DNA from: Candidatus Zhuqueibacterota bacterium
GTDB lineage: Bacteria > Zhuqueibacterota > Zhuqueibacteria > Thermofontimicrobiales > Thermofontimicrobiaceae
Direction of reading: 5' to 3'
Length of the DNA stretch: 64,000 nucleotides
NCBI GenBank assembly: GCA_049322915.1
Contig: JBMOPW010000028.1
Span: 2,965-66,964 of the forward strand
In this document: piece after piece, positions 38,678 through 49,260 of the stretch
Position numbering within the stretch: position 1 is the first letter of the stretch
How the letters are laid out: each line of letters opens with the position of its first letter
Notes under the pieces: model-generated
Seen by the model: the letters and a program-made list of their open reading frames with translations, nothing else
Databases searched by the model: none
Told to the model about the DNA's origin: nothing
Made by a program: the position numbers and the translations under genes

Positions 38678-39316
38678 ATGAACGAATCCAAAGTAGAAGT
38701 CAAAGGTTTTGAGGCGAGACATTACGACACGCTGATGAACGTCATATCTCTGGGCAGCTATTCGCGTTTCATCCATAGCGCCATGGCGAAGATGGCCATT
38801 CAGCCATCGGATCGCATTCTGGATTTAGGCTGCGGCACCGGCCGCAATAGCTGTCTGATGGCGAAATATCTCTCAGATAGTGGTTCCATTGTGGGACTGG
38901 ATATCGGCGAGGAGATGATTCTGCAATTTGAAAAGAAATGCCAGCGCTATCCCAATGTCAGTCTGCAAAAGCTGCGCATCGATGAACCACTGCCGTTTCG
39001 GAGTGAATTCGACAAAGCGCTGCTCTCCTTTGTTTTTCATGGTTTTCCTGATGAGAAAAAAGTCGCCATTCTGGACAATATCAAAAAAGCGCTCAAGCCC
39101 GGAGGACAATTATTCATTCTGGACTGGAACGAATTCGATCTGAAGGATACACCGTTTGTATTTCAAAGGGTGTTTCAAAAAGTGGAGTGTCCGCTGGCGT
39201 TGGAGTACGTAAAAGTGGATTGGAAGAAAAACCTGACGGAGCATGGATTTGGCAATTTCGAAGAGAATCTCTTTTTCCGCACGTTGATTCGTTTGTTGAA
39301 AGCGGAGTTGAAATAA
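38678..39316 (+). CDS. Class I SAM-dependent methyltransferase
   Basis: Motif I 'ILDLGCGTGRNS' and the post-I 'LKPGGQLFILDW' are present. Confidence 0.75.
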   Translation: MNESKVEVKGFEARHYDTLMNVISLGSYSRFIHSAMAKMAIQPSDRILDLGCGTGRNSCLMAKYLSDSGSIVGLDIGEEMILQFEKKCQRYPNVSLQKLRIDEPLPFRSEFDKALLSFVFHGFPDEKKVAILDNIKKALKPGGQLFILDWNEFDLKDTPFVFQRVFQKVECPLALEYVKVDWKKNLTEHGFGNFEENLFFRTLIRLLKAELK

Positions 39317-39675
39317 AAAATTTTTGCCGCCAAAGCGCGAAGACGAGAAGAGAATAAACTGGGAGTTCCTGAATTTCTGAATTGAAATTCGACAAGTCAA
39401 TTCCCAGGAAACAAATGATAACTCACAAATAAATAAAAACAACCAGGTTTCAATTTTCTAACTGCTTCCACTCATTACATGAAATAGTGTTTTGATTGAG
39501 TTCTAAATTTGTCTCTTTGTTGATTGGAGGTTATTTAGTATTTGTGGAGTGTCAGTAATAAAATTCATTTTAGATATTGGGGTAGTCTATCTTTGTTTTT
39601 ACTTTGCGTCTTAGAGCTTTCGGGGCAACTGAAGAAAAATTCATGTGTTGATTAAAATACCAAAGGAGTAAAAAA

Positions 39676-40041
39676 ATGCCTGAACATTTGACGAAAGAGA
39701 CGTTTTTGAAAAAGATTTTTAATTATGAAGAGAACAGCGAATGGAAATTCGAAGGAAACCTGCCCTGTCTCATCGATTTTTATGCGGACTGGTGCGGACC
39801 CTGTAAAATGGTTGCCCCAATTATGGAAGAGCTGGCGGATGAGTATCGGGACAGAGTGAACATCTATAAAATCGACACCGAAGCCGAGCAGGAATTGGCT
39901 GCTGCATTTGGAATTCAGAGCATTCCTTCGCTGCTGTTCATCCCCAAAGAAGGCAGACCGCAGATGGCCGTTGGCGCACTGCCAAAAGAGACGCTGGTCG
40001 AAGTGATTGAAAAAGAATTATTGAATAGTGAAAAAAATTAG
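39676..40041 (+). CDS. Thioredoxin
   Basis: The active site 'WCGPCK' is present, the length is 121 aa and the RBS is 'AAGGAG'. Confidence 0.85.
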   Translation: MPEHLTKETFLKKIFNYEENSEWKFEGNLPCLIDFYADWCGPCKMVAPIMEELADEYRDRVNIYKIDTEAEQELAAAFGIQSIPSLLFIPKEGRPQMAVGALPKETLVEVIEKELLNSEKN

Positions 40042-40099
40042 GCAGGACTGTTCCTGGCGCAATCAATCGCTACGCCAGGAACCTGCTGCGAAGCTGATA

Positions 40100-40134
40100 A
40101 ATCACCAGGGAGCAAGCCCATGGTGATTTTTTTT
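40100..40134 (+). terminator. Rho-independent terminator
   Basis: 'atcacca gggagcaagccca tggtgat' is followed by a run of nine T, downstream of the thioredoxin gene and at the convergent junction with the TonB receptor gene. Confidence 0.75.
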
Positions 40135-40215
40135 TGGTGTCATGTAAATGCCGCATGCGGCTGACTGAAGGTATAACCCGGGCTGAATCTGCGCGAGACT
40201 AGTTCCAGCCGCTCA

Positions 40216-42978
40216 TCATAATTCAAATTTGATATTTGCGTAGATCGCTCTGCCCCGGTTCGGAATATCCCCGGCATTGGGATTGTTCGCAACGGCCAGA
40301 GGATAGGGCCCCGGATCGAGATATTCATTATCCATCAGATTTTTCGCCCCCAGGTTCAGGGTGAACCTGTTGTAGATTTTATGAATCATCAGGTTCATAT
40401 TAAACAGAGTATAGGCCGGAACTCTGGGGCGCGGATCCACCAAATCCACGCCATTATTCGAATAAAGTCCCCGCACTTTGGAAGACCGATAATTCACGCC
40501 AAAAGCCAATTTGATATGCGAACTCAAATCAAACGTGCCCCAGGTATTGAATAATATTGGACTCATGAACATGTTTTCCAGTGAAATCGTGCCCTGACCA
40601 TCTTCGGAGTTATCCGAAGTGGGAATGTCGGACGTCTTTGTCTTGTAATAGCTGAGATTCGAACTGACGTGGAGACGTCGACCCAGGGTTGTTTGCAGGG
40701 AGACTGTCCCGCCTATGCTCGTGGCCTTACTGGCATTGTTATATGTGGCCACCGGCGTGGTGGTGTTTTCGAAAATAATGTCGTCGATTTTGATGTAGGA
40801 ACCGGCCACGGAAATTTGGGTGTTTGCATTGGGAGTGAAGATAGTGAGAAATTCGTAGGTCTGGCTGATTTCCGGCTTCAACTCCTCGTACCAGGACGAA
40901 TCGGCGAATGCCAAACTCCCGGAGACAGGGATGCCCGGTTTAAAAGCGTACAGATCGCGAATCGCCGGTGCCCGGAACGCCTGACCGGTCAGCAGTTTGA
41001 AAGTCCAGCTATTGGTCGGGCGGTACACCAGACCGGTTCTCGGATTGAGGTTCCCCCCGATGTCCGAGTATTTATCATACCGCTGGCCGATCACGAAAGA
41101 AAATTTGTTCACATTGATGGACGCTTCCGCGTAACCGGCGTAGATCATCCGGTTCTCTGTCCCTTCCAGCAGCACCGATTCCTCCAGGTCATGATTTCTC
41201 TGATCCGATAGCGATGGAACTGTCGGCAAGATGGGCGTGCTCAGGACGCCCAGCATCATTCGGGAGACATCGGTGCGTTCTGCGGCGAAACCAAACACGA
41301 GTTCCACAGATTCGGTTGCATGGATGTTGGTGTAAATATCTGTTCCCAAGAGCGTGCTGTAACGGAGTGGCTCAAAGTACCCGCCATTCGGGTATTTGCC
41401 GGCAGCATAGGCTTTTTTGAATTTGGGATGAACCGCCATATCTTCCGGGCTGAGCACATCGCCTTCGCCGATCCAATCCGACGTCCGGTGATAGAATGTG
41501 GAATTCAGTTGGATCTTCCGGTGGAGCGGGAAATTGCCCTGGAGTGACAGATTTTTGTACTCGCCAAAAATTTCCATATCCTGGGCCGCGTGGGGATAGT
41601 TGAATCCGATGCCATTTACGCGCGCGTGATGGCTGTAATTGAAATCCAGGGTGAAGTATTTGAGCAGGTTGATTTTTCCACCGAAGTAGCGCATATCCTG
41701 AGGATCGATGATATCGAACCGATCGGTGTTGTAAGCCTGATATGGCCGCTGGAAACCGTCGTCTTTCAAATAATTGGCGTAGAAGCGAAAGGCAAATTTT
41801 TCGCGGTAAAATGAAAGGTGCGAATTCACGCTGCCTGCGCCGCCGTTGCCGCTGCCAAATTGAGCGCCGAAACCTGATTTTTCTGGGCTTTCCATGATGA
41901 TATTGACAATGCCTGAAAACGCGCCGGCGCCGTACAAGGCGGAACCCGGGCCAGTGATCACTTCAATGCGATCGATATCCGGAATTGAAAAGCTTTTTGC
42001 CGACCGCGATGCGCCGCCATGAAACGCGTCGGCCACATTGATTCCGTCAATCATGAACAGAATGCGGCTGTTGAACGGCGAGCCGATGCCTCGGATGTTG
42101 TACAAAAGATCGCTGCCCGCGGAAATCATCGATTCAAACCCGGGGACGAAATTTAATATTTCTTCCAAAGACGACCAACCATTGGCCTCGATTTCTTCGC
42201 GGGTGATCACGTAAATCATAGCTGGCGCATCTTCGAGCGTCTGTTCGATTTTCGTGGCGGATACGACTTTAATTTCTCCAAAAGTAAATTCGGCCTCTTT
42301 GAGCAATTCAGCTTCCTGATAACTCTGGCTGGCCGTATTCGAAGAAGTGGATGACAGCGATAATTCTGGGGCGCTCTGAAAATCCACTCCCTGGCTGGTG
42401 CTGACATAATCCGGAGTGATGTTGTAGTCCTTCTCAACACCCCGTTGAACTTCGACCACCTTGCCATCGATGATCAAATTAGCCGGTTGGCAGTCGGCTA
42501 TAATGGTATGCTTGATAGTCGGCGTTGCAAAATTGGCGGATATGGCTTCGTCGCTGTAGCGAATTATGCAATAATCAATCACCGATGTCCCTTTGCTCGA
42601 AGGCGTGAACTCCAGTCCCACCCAGTCTTTGCTGGTGGGCGCTGCTGCTGAATTGGCCGAATCGTCGCCAAAATCCGTATCCCGAATCGACGTGAATACC
42701 ACTCGCTCACCCAGTCGGCCGCTCACGATGAGCGATCCATTGACCTTTATTTTGTAATAGCCGGCAAATTTGACTAAAACGCCGGGGCCAATGGTCAATG
42801 TTTTACCAGCAGGAATGGTAATGTCGCCGCTTACGATGATCGGATTCTCGTTCGCAGTCCAGATGCCAGATTGTGTCCCCTTCACTTCCAAAGCCATCGC
42901 CTGCGATACGCCGGCAAAGAAAAAGATAACAGCCAGAACCGCAGCCCCACCGAATCCTCGTCTAAAAGTCACTTTCAT
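40216..42978 (-). CDS. TonB-dependent outer-membrane receptor with an N-terminal extension of about 230 aa ahead of the plug
   Basis: A signal peptide and the plug 'MIYVITREEIEANGWSSLEEILNFVPGF' are present. The barrel has the 'NPxL' and 'GRN' patterns and ends 'IYANIKFEL'. The N-terminal region reads 'IVSGDITIPAGKTLTIGPGVLVKFAGYYKIKVNGSLIVSG'. Confidence 0.8.
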   Translation of the reverse strand: MKVTFRRGFGGAAVLAVIFFFAGVSQAMALEVKGTQSGIWTANENPIIVSGDITIPAGKTLTIGPGVLVKFAGYYKIKVNGSLIVSGRLGERVVFTSIRDTDFGDDSANSAAAPTSKDWVGLEFTPSSKGTSVIDYCIIRYSDEAISANFATPTIKHTIIADCQPANLIIDGKVVEVQRGVEKDYNITPDYVSTSQGVDFQSAPELSLSSTSSNTASQSYQEAELLKEAEFTFGEIKVVSATKIEQTLEDAPAMIYVITREEIEANGWSSLEEILNFVPGFESMISAGSDLLYNIRGIGSPFNSRILFMIDGINVADAFHGGASRSAKSFSIPDIDRIEVITGPGSALYGAGAFSGIVNIIMESPEKSGFGAQFGSGNGGAGSVNSHLSFYREKFAFRFYANYLKDDGFQRPYQAYNTDRFDIIDPQDMRYFGGKINLLKYFTLDFNYSHHARVNGIGFNYPHAAQDMEIFGEYKNLSLQGNFPLHRKIQLNSTFYHRTSDWIGEGDVLSPEDMAVHPKFKKAYAAGKYPNGGYFEPLRYSTLLGTDIYTNIHATESVELVFGFAAERTDVSRMMLGVLSTPILPTVPSLSDQRNHDLEESVLLEGTENRMIYAGYAEASINVNKFSFVIGQRYDKYSDIGGNLNPRTGLVYRPTNSWTFKLLTGQAFRAPAIRDLYAFKPGIPVSGSLAFADSSWYEELKPEISQTYEFLTIFTPNANTQISVAGSYIKIDDIIFENTTTPVATYNNASKATSIGGTVSLQTTLGRRLHVSSNLSYYKTKTSDIPTSDNSEDGQGTISLENMFMSPILFNTWGTFDLSSHIKLAFGVNYRSSKVRGLYSNNGVDLVDPRPRVPAYTLFNMNLMIHKIYNRFTLNLGAKNLMDNEYLDPGPYPLAVANNPNAGDIPNRGRAIYANIKFEL

Positions 42979-43049
42979 GTAGCCTTCTCCTGTTTACCCA
43001 AAATGTATGATGCCATGAATTATTTGAATTCTGAAAGTCAGTTTTATAA

Positions 43050-43146
43050 GGACGTGAGATTAAATAAAATGGACACTTCCTGGTTAAAGATAATTGCTGA
43101 TGACGAAAGTCGCCGACGAATCGGGTAAGTTTTTTATCTCACGTCC
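43050..43146. repeat. Perfect 12-bp inverted repeat enclosing an 85-nt core in the divergent intergenic region between the TonB receptor and the TPR gene; possible regulatory RNA structure
   Basis: 'aggacgtgagat' at 43049-43060 and its exact reverse complement 'atctcacgtcct' at 43136-43147. Confidence 0.5.
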
Positions 43147-43836
43147 TGAATGAATTGTATTGACCATACCCTGATTTTCGGGGAAGTGGTTCAACCCATA
43201 CCCTGAAAAGTGAATTGGTCATCGCAATTCTTGTACCATCTGCATTTACAGCGTCACGGCGGCCATATCCTCCTATTATTTTATTGAATATGCCGGGAAA
43301 AATCATGAGAACATGGCGAATCACTGTTCCAATCGGGAACAATGTCCCAATGCCGGACACCTGCTGCGCGGATTGTCGGATATTTTTTATTGCAACCTCT
43401 CTTTTCAAAAATCATGACTTAATGATTACCCGTGACGGACTTGCGTTCAATGTGCCAAACCAGCCCATCCCTATTCGGACAGCAAGCCGGGGCGGGTAAC
43501 AGTTAACAACCGAAGGCTTTATGGCGTAATGCGAATGCGGCAGGTTCCCAAAAGCACTTCGCAGGATTGCTGATTCGGTAAGGTCCCCTTTGCCCGGAAA
43601 ACGATTTGGCCTGGGGCAGGGTTCCCGGGTGTGATTATACTCCTGCATTTTGGTATGGCCGGCAGGCTGGACTGTTGCACTTCCGGAATCCGGATCTGAC
43701 CGAGCGACCGCAGGGCTGAAGCGGTTTGACGGTATTTTGTGGCATACAGATTGCTCAATCGTTACATTCAAATTGAGTGACTTTTTTAATCCTGATTAAA
43801 CATTCTTCGACAAAAAAATCAATCGCGGTGGAGATC

Positions 43837-45666
43837 ATGAAAACGAAAAATCTGCTTGGCCTTTTTGTACTGGTTGTAATAGTGAGCATGACCAGCAATA
43901 TTTTCGCACAAACCAATGCGGTCACCTGGTTCAATCAGGGCGTCAAAGCTCAAACGCCGGAAGAGAAGATAAAAAATTATCTGAAGGCAGTTGAACTTGA
44001 TCCCAAATTCATTCACGCGTATTACAATCTGGGATATGCTTACAAAGAGGTGGGTGATTGCGCAAGCGCTGAAAAAGCGCTGCGTCAGGCCCTGGTTTGC
44101 GATCCATCGAAATTGAGCAAGGAGGATAAGCTGCGAATCAGCTATGAATTGGGTCTCTCGCTCAGGAAGCTGAACCGGTTCCAGGAGTCGGTGGACGCGC
44201 TGGAATCTGCCAAAAAAGTGACTGACAACGACGTTTTTCTCGCAGCCATTTTGTACGAGTTAGGCCGCACCAAAGTGATGATGGGTCAATTCGATGAGGC
44301 GATCTCTGAATTCAATGAAGGCATGGCATTGAACAGCGACAAACAATCGGCGTTTTTAGCTGCTTCGCGCGAAGCGAGCAAATTGAAATCCCTCGAAGCG
44401 TACTACCAGCAGGCATCGACGCTCATTGATCAGAATAAAATGCTCCAGGCTGAGGATGCGCTTTTGAAGATTGTCAATCTCGATCCCAATTATAAGGATG
44501 CACTGAAGAAACTGTCTGAGGTGCGCCTGTTGAATTCGTCCCAGGCTAAAAATAATGAACTGGAGGACAGCTACAATCGGGCATTGGGATTCATCAACAG
44601 CAAGGATTGGAAAAATGCGATTCTGACTTTGGAAAAAATCGTCCAGGTTGACTCCAATTACAAAGATGCATCGGTGCGACTGACCTTTGCCCGATCGAAT
44701 CTGGGCCGATCGACTCAGGTCTCGGAATATGATAAATTAATGGAACAGGGCATCGCGGACTATAGCCGGGGCGATTGGAATCAGGCGCTGGTTTCATTTG
44801 AACAAGTACGAGCCTGGGACGCCAATTATAAAAATGTGAACCAGTACTACCAGAATACGCTCTTGAAATTGCGGTCAACGGAAAATGATAATTTGAAAAT
44901 GCAATATTATCAGCAGGGAAAGAATCATCTCCAAAAAGGCGAAAACGAAATGGCCATTGAAGTCTTCACCAGATTAATGGAACTCGATTCCAATTTCAGG
45001 GATGTGCGATCGTTGCGCGACAGGGCGTTTTCCCAATTGGATGAAAAGAGCCGGCAGGAGCACTTCTACACGCTCTACGCCGAAGGACTGGAGCATCTCC
45101 GCAATGAGGAATGGCTGCAGGCGACCGTCGTTTTTGAAGAGGCCAAACACATCAATCCCGGCGACACATTGCTGCTGCAGAAATTAGCAGAGGCGGAAAT
45201 GAAACTGAAAGAGGCCACAATGGCCAATGCCGTCCGGCAGCAGGAGGTGAGTCGCCAGCAAGAACCGGCATCGAAATCCAATTACCTGTGGTTGTTCGGA
45301 GTGATCGCTGTGGCGATCGTCCTGCCAACAGTCATCGTGTTAAAATCGCCGACCCGAAAGGCCGCCGGGTATTTTAAACGAGGCGACTATCAGAATGCGG
45401 CGCTGCTGTACGAAGCGCTCCTGCTCAAAAACCCCTACGACACAAAAGTGCATCTGGCGCTGGCCAATGTGTATCTCAAGATGGATCGGAACGATGGAAA
45501 TGCCAGGAAAATTTATTCCATGGCGTTGCAACAAAAACTCGATCCCTACATCAGAAAAGAAATAAATCAGAAAATGAGCTCTCAAGGTACCAGCACGCTG
45601 GAACCGGGCCAGAATCTGGGAGATGTCGGAATCTGGCTGAAAAATGAATTGGACAATCTCAAGTAA
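43837..45666 (+). CDS. Tetratricopeptide-repeat protein with a signal peptide and a C-proximal TM helix
   Basis: The signal peptide is 'MKTKNLLGLFVLVVIVSMTSNIFAQ'. Multiple TPR-like repeats of 34 aa ('AYYNLGYAYKEVGD', 'ALANVYLKMDR') and the TM helix 'YLWLFGVIAVAIVLPTVIVL' follow. Confidence 0.7.
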   Translation: MKTKNLLGLFVLVVIVSMTSNIFAQTNAVTWFNQGVKAQTPEEKIKNYLKAVELDPKFIHAYYNLGYAYKEVGDCASAEKALRQALVCDPSKLSKEDKLRISYELGLSLRKLNRFQESVDALESAKKVTDNDVFLAAILYELGRTKVMMGQFDEAISEFNEGMALNSDKQSAFLAASREASKLKSLEAYYQQASTLIDQNKMLQAEDALLKIVNLDPNYKDALKKLSEVRLLNSSQAKNNELEDSYNRALGFINSKDWKNAILTLEKIVQVDSNYKDASVRLTFARSNLGRSTQVSEYDKLMEQGIADYSRGDWNQALVSFEQVRAWDANYKNVNQYYQNTLLKLRSTENDNLKMQYYQQGKNHLQKGENEMAIEVFTRLMELDSNFRDVRSLRDRAFSQLDEKSRQEHFYTLYAEGLEHLRNEEWLQATVVFEEAKHINPGDTLLLQKLAEAEMKLKEATMANAVRQQEVSRQQEPASKSNYLWLFGVIAVAIVLPTVIVLKSPTRKAAGYFKRGDYQNAALLYEALLLKNPYDTKVHLALANVYLKMDRNDGNARKIYSMALQQKLDPYIRKEINQKMSSQGTSTLEPGQNLGDVGIWLKNELDNLK

Positions 45667-45815
45667 TGTTGAGCCGATTTCCGGGGCTTGTTTTCAAGAC
45701 CGCTCCTGACGCATGATTCACATCATCGAGAATGGAAAAAAATTCTCATTGAAAATTCGAGTGAAACCAATTTTTCGTTTGCTATTGTTGGTGAATTTTA
45801 GTATAATTGTGAATC

Positions 45816-47756
45816 ATGTTACAAATACAAGACTTACACTATTCAATCGGCGAACGATCTCTTCTCTGTGGCATTGACTGGATCATCAATCCGGGCAAGC
45901 GAAGTGCGCTCATCGGGCCAAATGGTGCTGGCAAAACCACACTGTTGAGAATCCTCACGAATGAGATCGACCATTACGCCGGAACAATCACCAAGCCAAA
46001 AAATTATCGGATCGGATATCTCCCTCAGGAGGAAATCGCAATTGGCCAGGGGACTGTGCTGGAGTCGGTTTTCACCGGTCAGCATGACGTCATCCGCATC
46101 GAACAGGAAATGCATCGGTTGCATCAACTGCTGGATTCGGATCAGACGGATCATGCGTCGATTTTAAAACAGCTCGGCGACCTGGAAACGAAATTCGAAT
46201 CGCTCGGCGGCTATCGTCTCGAAGCCACGGCCAAGAGCATTCTCTCCGGGTTGGGTTTCTCCGAAAAGGACTTCTCCCGGTCACTTTCCGAATTCAGCGG
46301 GGGCTGGCGCATGCGATCGTACCTGTCCCGCTTGCTGGTTCAAAAACCGGATCTGCTTTTGTTGGATGAACCGACCAATCATCTTGACCTACCTTCACTG
46401 GAATGGCTGGAGCAATACCTCCTGTCGTTTCCGGGCAGCATCGTCATTGTCTCCCATGATCGTTTTTTCATTGACCGATTGGCTCAGGATATTTTCGAAC
46501 TGGACCGGGGCAAGCTCACGCATTTTGCCGGCAATTACCATTTCTATGAAATTGAAAAAGATCGGCGCGATGAACTGTTGCTCAAAAGATGGGAAGAGCA
46601 ACAGGCCGAACGGGAGCGGCAGGAGAAGTTCATCAATCGCTTCCGTTACAAGGCCACCAAAGCAGTGCAGGTTCAAAGCCGGATCAAACGGCTGGAAAAG
46701 CTGGAAGAGATCACGCTGCCTCCGGCAAGGCGCCATTTTGATTTCACTCTGACCGTGGATGTGCCGAGCTACAAAGAAGTTCTGGAAATTGACGCCATGT
46801 CCTTCCGCTATACTGCTGACTGGGTGTTGCAGGATGTGCAGCTCACGCTCTATCGGGGTGATAAAGTGTCGTTGGTTGGCGTGAATGGCGCAGGAAAAAC
46901 GACGCTCACGCGGATCATCGCCGGCCAGCTCGCGCCCCAGCTTGGAAAAGTGACTGTTGGCCAGCGAACGAAAATTGGGTATTACGCGCAGCACCAGGTC
47001 GAGACCCTGGATTTGAACGCGACGATTTACGATGAAGTGGCCGCCACGGTGGCGAATTCCCTGGTCCCCCGCATCCGGGATGTGCTGGGAATATTTCAAT
47101 TCAGCGGCAATGATGTATTCAAAAAAATCGGCGTCCTCTCCGGCGGCGAAAAAGCGCGCGTCTCATTGGCCAAAATTCTGATTTCACCGGTCAACTTCCT
47201 CATCATGGACGAACCCACCAATCATCTGGACATCATTTCCAAACAGGCGCTGGAACAGGCGCTTGCACAGTACGATGGCACGCTATTGCTGATATCGCAC
47301 GATCGCTATTTTTTGGACAAGCTGGTTCATCGCGTCATTGAAGTCAAAGGCCATCAGCTCCGGGAATACGAGGGCAACTATTCCGATTACCTGGCCCGGC
47401 GGGAACTGGAGCAGGCGGTTATCCCTGAAGTCGCTGAAAAACCAGCCGCAGAGTCGAAAAGCCGGAAAACCAAAAAGCAGAAACGAATTGAAGCTGAGGC
47501 GCGCCAATCGGTGAGCAAGGAGCGTCAGCGTTTGAAGAATGAAATTGACTTGCTGGAACGCGATATCGAGAATCTGGAAAAGAAGAAAGAAGAACTGGAG
47601 TTCCGGATGGCGGACCCGGCGACATATAAAAATGGCGAATTCGCCGCATCGCTGCAAAAGGATTATGCCAGCGTCAAAGAGACATTGAGCGCCAGATATA
47701 TCCGATGGGAGGAAGCCCATGTCGAGTTGGATAAAATTTTATCAGCGCTGGCATGA
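45816..47756 (+). CDS. ABC-F family ATPase (tandem ABC domains, Uup-like C-terminal coiled coil)
   Basis: The Walker A motifs are 'GPNGAGKTT' and 'GVNGAGKTT'. 'LLLDEPTNHLD' and 'LIMDEPTNHLD' are present, and the tail is Lys/Glu-rich with 'EARQSVSKERQRLKNEIDLLERDIENLEKKKEELE'. Confidence 0.85.
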   Translation: MLQIQDLHYSIGERSLLCGIDWIINPGKRSALIGPNGAGKTTLLRILTNEIDHYAGTITKPKNYRIGYLPQEEIAIGQGTVLESVFTGQHDVIRIEQEMHRLHQLLDSDQTDHASILKQLGDLETKFESLGGYRLEATAKSILSGLGFSEKDFSRSLSEFSGGWRMRSYLSRLLVQKPDLLLLDEPTNHLDLPSLEWLEQYLLSFPGSIVIVSHDRFFIDRLAQDIFELDRGKLTHFAGNYHFYEIEKDRRDELLLKRWEEQQAERERQEKFINRFRYKATKAVQVQSRIKRLEKLEEITLPPARRHFDFTLTVDVPSYKEVLEIDAMSFRYTADWVLQDVQLTLYRGDKVSLVGVNGAGKTTLTRIIAGQLAPQLGKVTVGQRTKIGYYAQHQVETLDLNATIYDEVAATVANSLVPRIRDVLGIFQFSGNDVFKKIGVLSGGEKARVSLAKILISPVNFLIMDEPTNHLDIISKQALEQALAQYDGTLLLISHDRYFLDKLVHRVIEVKGHQLREYEGNYSDYLARRELEQAVIPEVAEKPAAESKSRKTKKQKRIEAEARQSVSKERQRLKNEIDLLERDIENLEKKKEELEFRMADPATYKNGEFAASLQKDYASVKETLSARYIRWEEAHVELDKILSALA

Positions 47757-47828
47757 CCCAATCGGTTCACCAGCCGGTCGATTGAAGCGCGGCAGATTGA
47801 AAAATGATTTATAAAAGGAGTTATAACT

Positions 47829-49070
47829 ATGAAAAAAAAACTGATCCGGTGCATCCTTCCGTTGTGCATTCTTGCTCAACTCTCCTGCGCGCGCCAAATG
47901 AACAGCGACGAATCTGTAGAAGCCCGAGCGGTAAAAATTCATGACAGGGTTCTCACCGTGGATACTCACGTGGATACGCCCTTGCGACTGATGCGATCCG
48001 ATTTTGATCCCGGCGAACGCCACGATTCCAGCCGGCGCGGTGGGAAAGTCGATTTCCCGCGAATGAAAGAGGGCGGACTGGATGCGATATTCTTCGCTGT
48101 TTTCCTCGGCCAGGGTCCCAGAACGCCTGAGGGCAATGCAAAGGCCAAAGAAGATGCAATCAAAATTTTCGATGCGATCTACAAAACGTTGGAGAAAAAC
48201 TCAGCCCAGGCTGAGTTAGCGCTCACTCCGAACGACGCCTATCGCATTGAAAAATCCAGCAAGCGCGCTGTTTTCATCGGAATTGAAAACGGCTACCCGG
48301 TGGGAAACGATCTGTCGTTGATTCGCTCATTCTACGAACGCGGCGCCCGGTACATCACCCTCTGTCACACCCAGAATAATGATATTTGCGATTCATCCAC
48401 CGACACAACGGAGCATCATGGATTGAGCCTGTTCGGTGAAAAAGTGGTGGCGGAAATGAACCGCGCCGGCGTCATGGTCGATGTGTCGCATATTTCCGAC
48501 GAAGCGTTTTACGATGTGCTGGCGCTGTCCAAAGCGCCGATCCTGGCATCGCATTCCTGCGCGCGGGCTATTTGCGACAATCCCCGCAATCTGGATGATG
48601 CCATGCTGCAGAATCTGGCCGAGCATGACGGCGTGATTCAAATGTGCGTTCTCAGTTCATACGTGAAAACCCCGGAGCCGAATCCGGAGCGCGACGCTGC
48701 GATGAAAGCGCTGCGGGAGAAGTACGACAATTTCAATGATCTTTCAGAAGAAGATCAGAAAAAAGCGCGCGAAGAATGGAACGCGGTTCGCGAGAAGTAC
48801 CCGGAAAAATTGGCCAATGTCTCGGATGTGGTCGACCACATCGACCATATCGTGAAAGTCGCCGGCATCGATCATGTTGGTATCGGCACCGATTTTGATG
48901 GCGGCGGCGGCGTGGAAGGCTGCAACGACGTCAGCGAAATGGGCAACATCACCCTGGAATTGGTGAAGCGCGGCTATACCGAAAAGCAGGTCGAAAAGAT
49001 CTGGGGCGGCAATGTGATGCGCGTGATGAGAAAGGTTGAAAAAGTCGCCCGGGATCTCCGGAAAAGCTGA
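47829..49070 (+). CDS. Membrane dipeptidase, peptidase family M19 (lipoprotein)
   Basis: The lipobox-like signal is 'ILPLCILAQLSCARQ'. The M19 motifs 'VLTVDTHVDTP', 'DVSHISDEAFYDVL' and 'ILASHSCARAICDNPRN' are present. Confidence 0.8.
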   Translation: MKKKLIRCILPLCILAQLSCARQMNSDESVEARAVKIHDRVLTVDTHVDTPLRLMRSDFDPGERHDSSRRGGKVDFPRMKEGGLDAIFFAVFLGQGPRTPEGNAKAKEDAIKIFDAIYKTLEKNSAQAELALTPNDAYRIEKSSKRAVFIGIENGYPVGNDLSLIRSFYERGARYITLCHTQNNDICDSSTDTTEHHGLSLFGEKVVAEMNRAGVMVDVSHISDEAFYDVLALSKAPILASHSCARAICDNPRNLDDAMLQNLAEHDGVIQMCVLSSYVKTPEPNPERDAAMKALREKYDNFNDLSEEDQKKAREEWNAVREKYPEKLANVSDVVDHIDHIVKVAGIDHVGIGTDFDGGGGVEGCNDVSEMGNITLELVKRGYTEKQVEKIWGGNVMRVMRKVEKVARDLRKS

Positions 49071-49260
49071 TCTCATGCCTGCCCACTGCGCAGCGCGGGT
49101 ATCAGCACTGACGACGATTTCTCCGCAACCGCGAACGCCCGGACACTTTGACGAAGGCGCATCAATTTAATGCATGAATCCAGTCATGCGAAACCCACGA
49201 TCGAATCCATGAGAAACCACGGTGGTGGATCTCATTGCACCGGACAGAGGAGGTCGAACG

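Noticed and set aside
42979-43200. Cobalamin or TPP riboswitch in the TonB-dependent receptor leader
   Set aside because: I searched both strands for the B12-box (rAGYCMGgAgaCCkGCc-like), the 'GCCACTG' element and the TPP 'CUGAGA' core and found none. Only the generic inverted repeat is reported.
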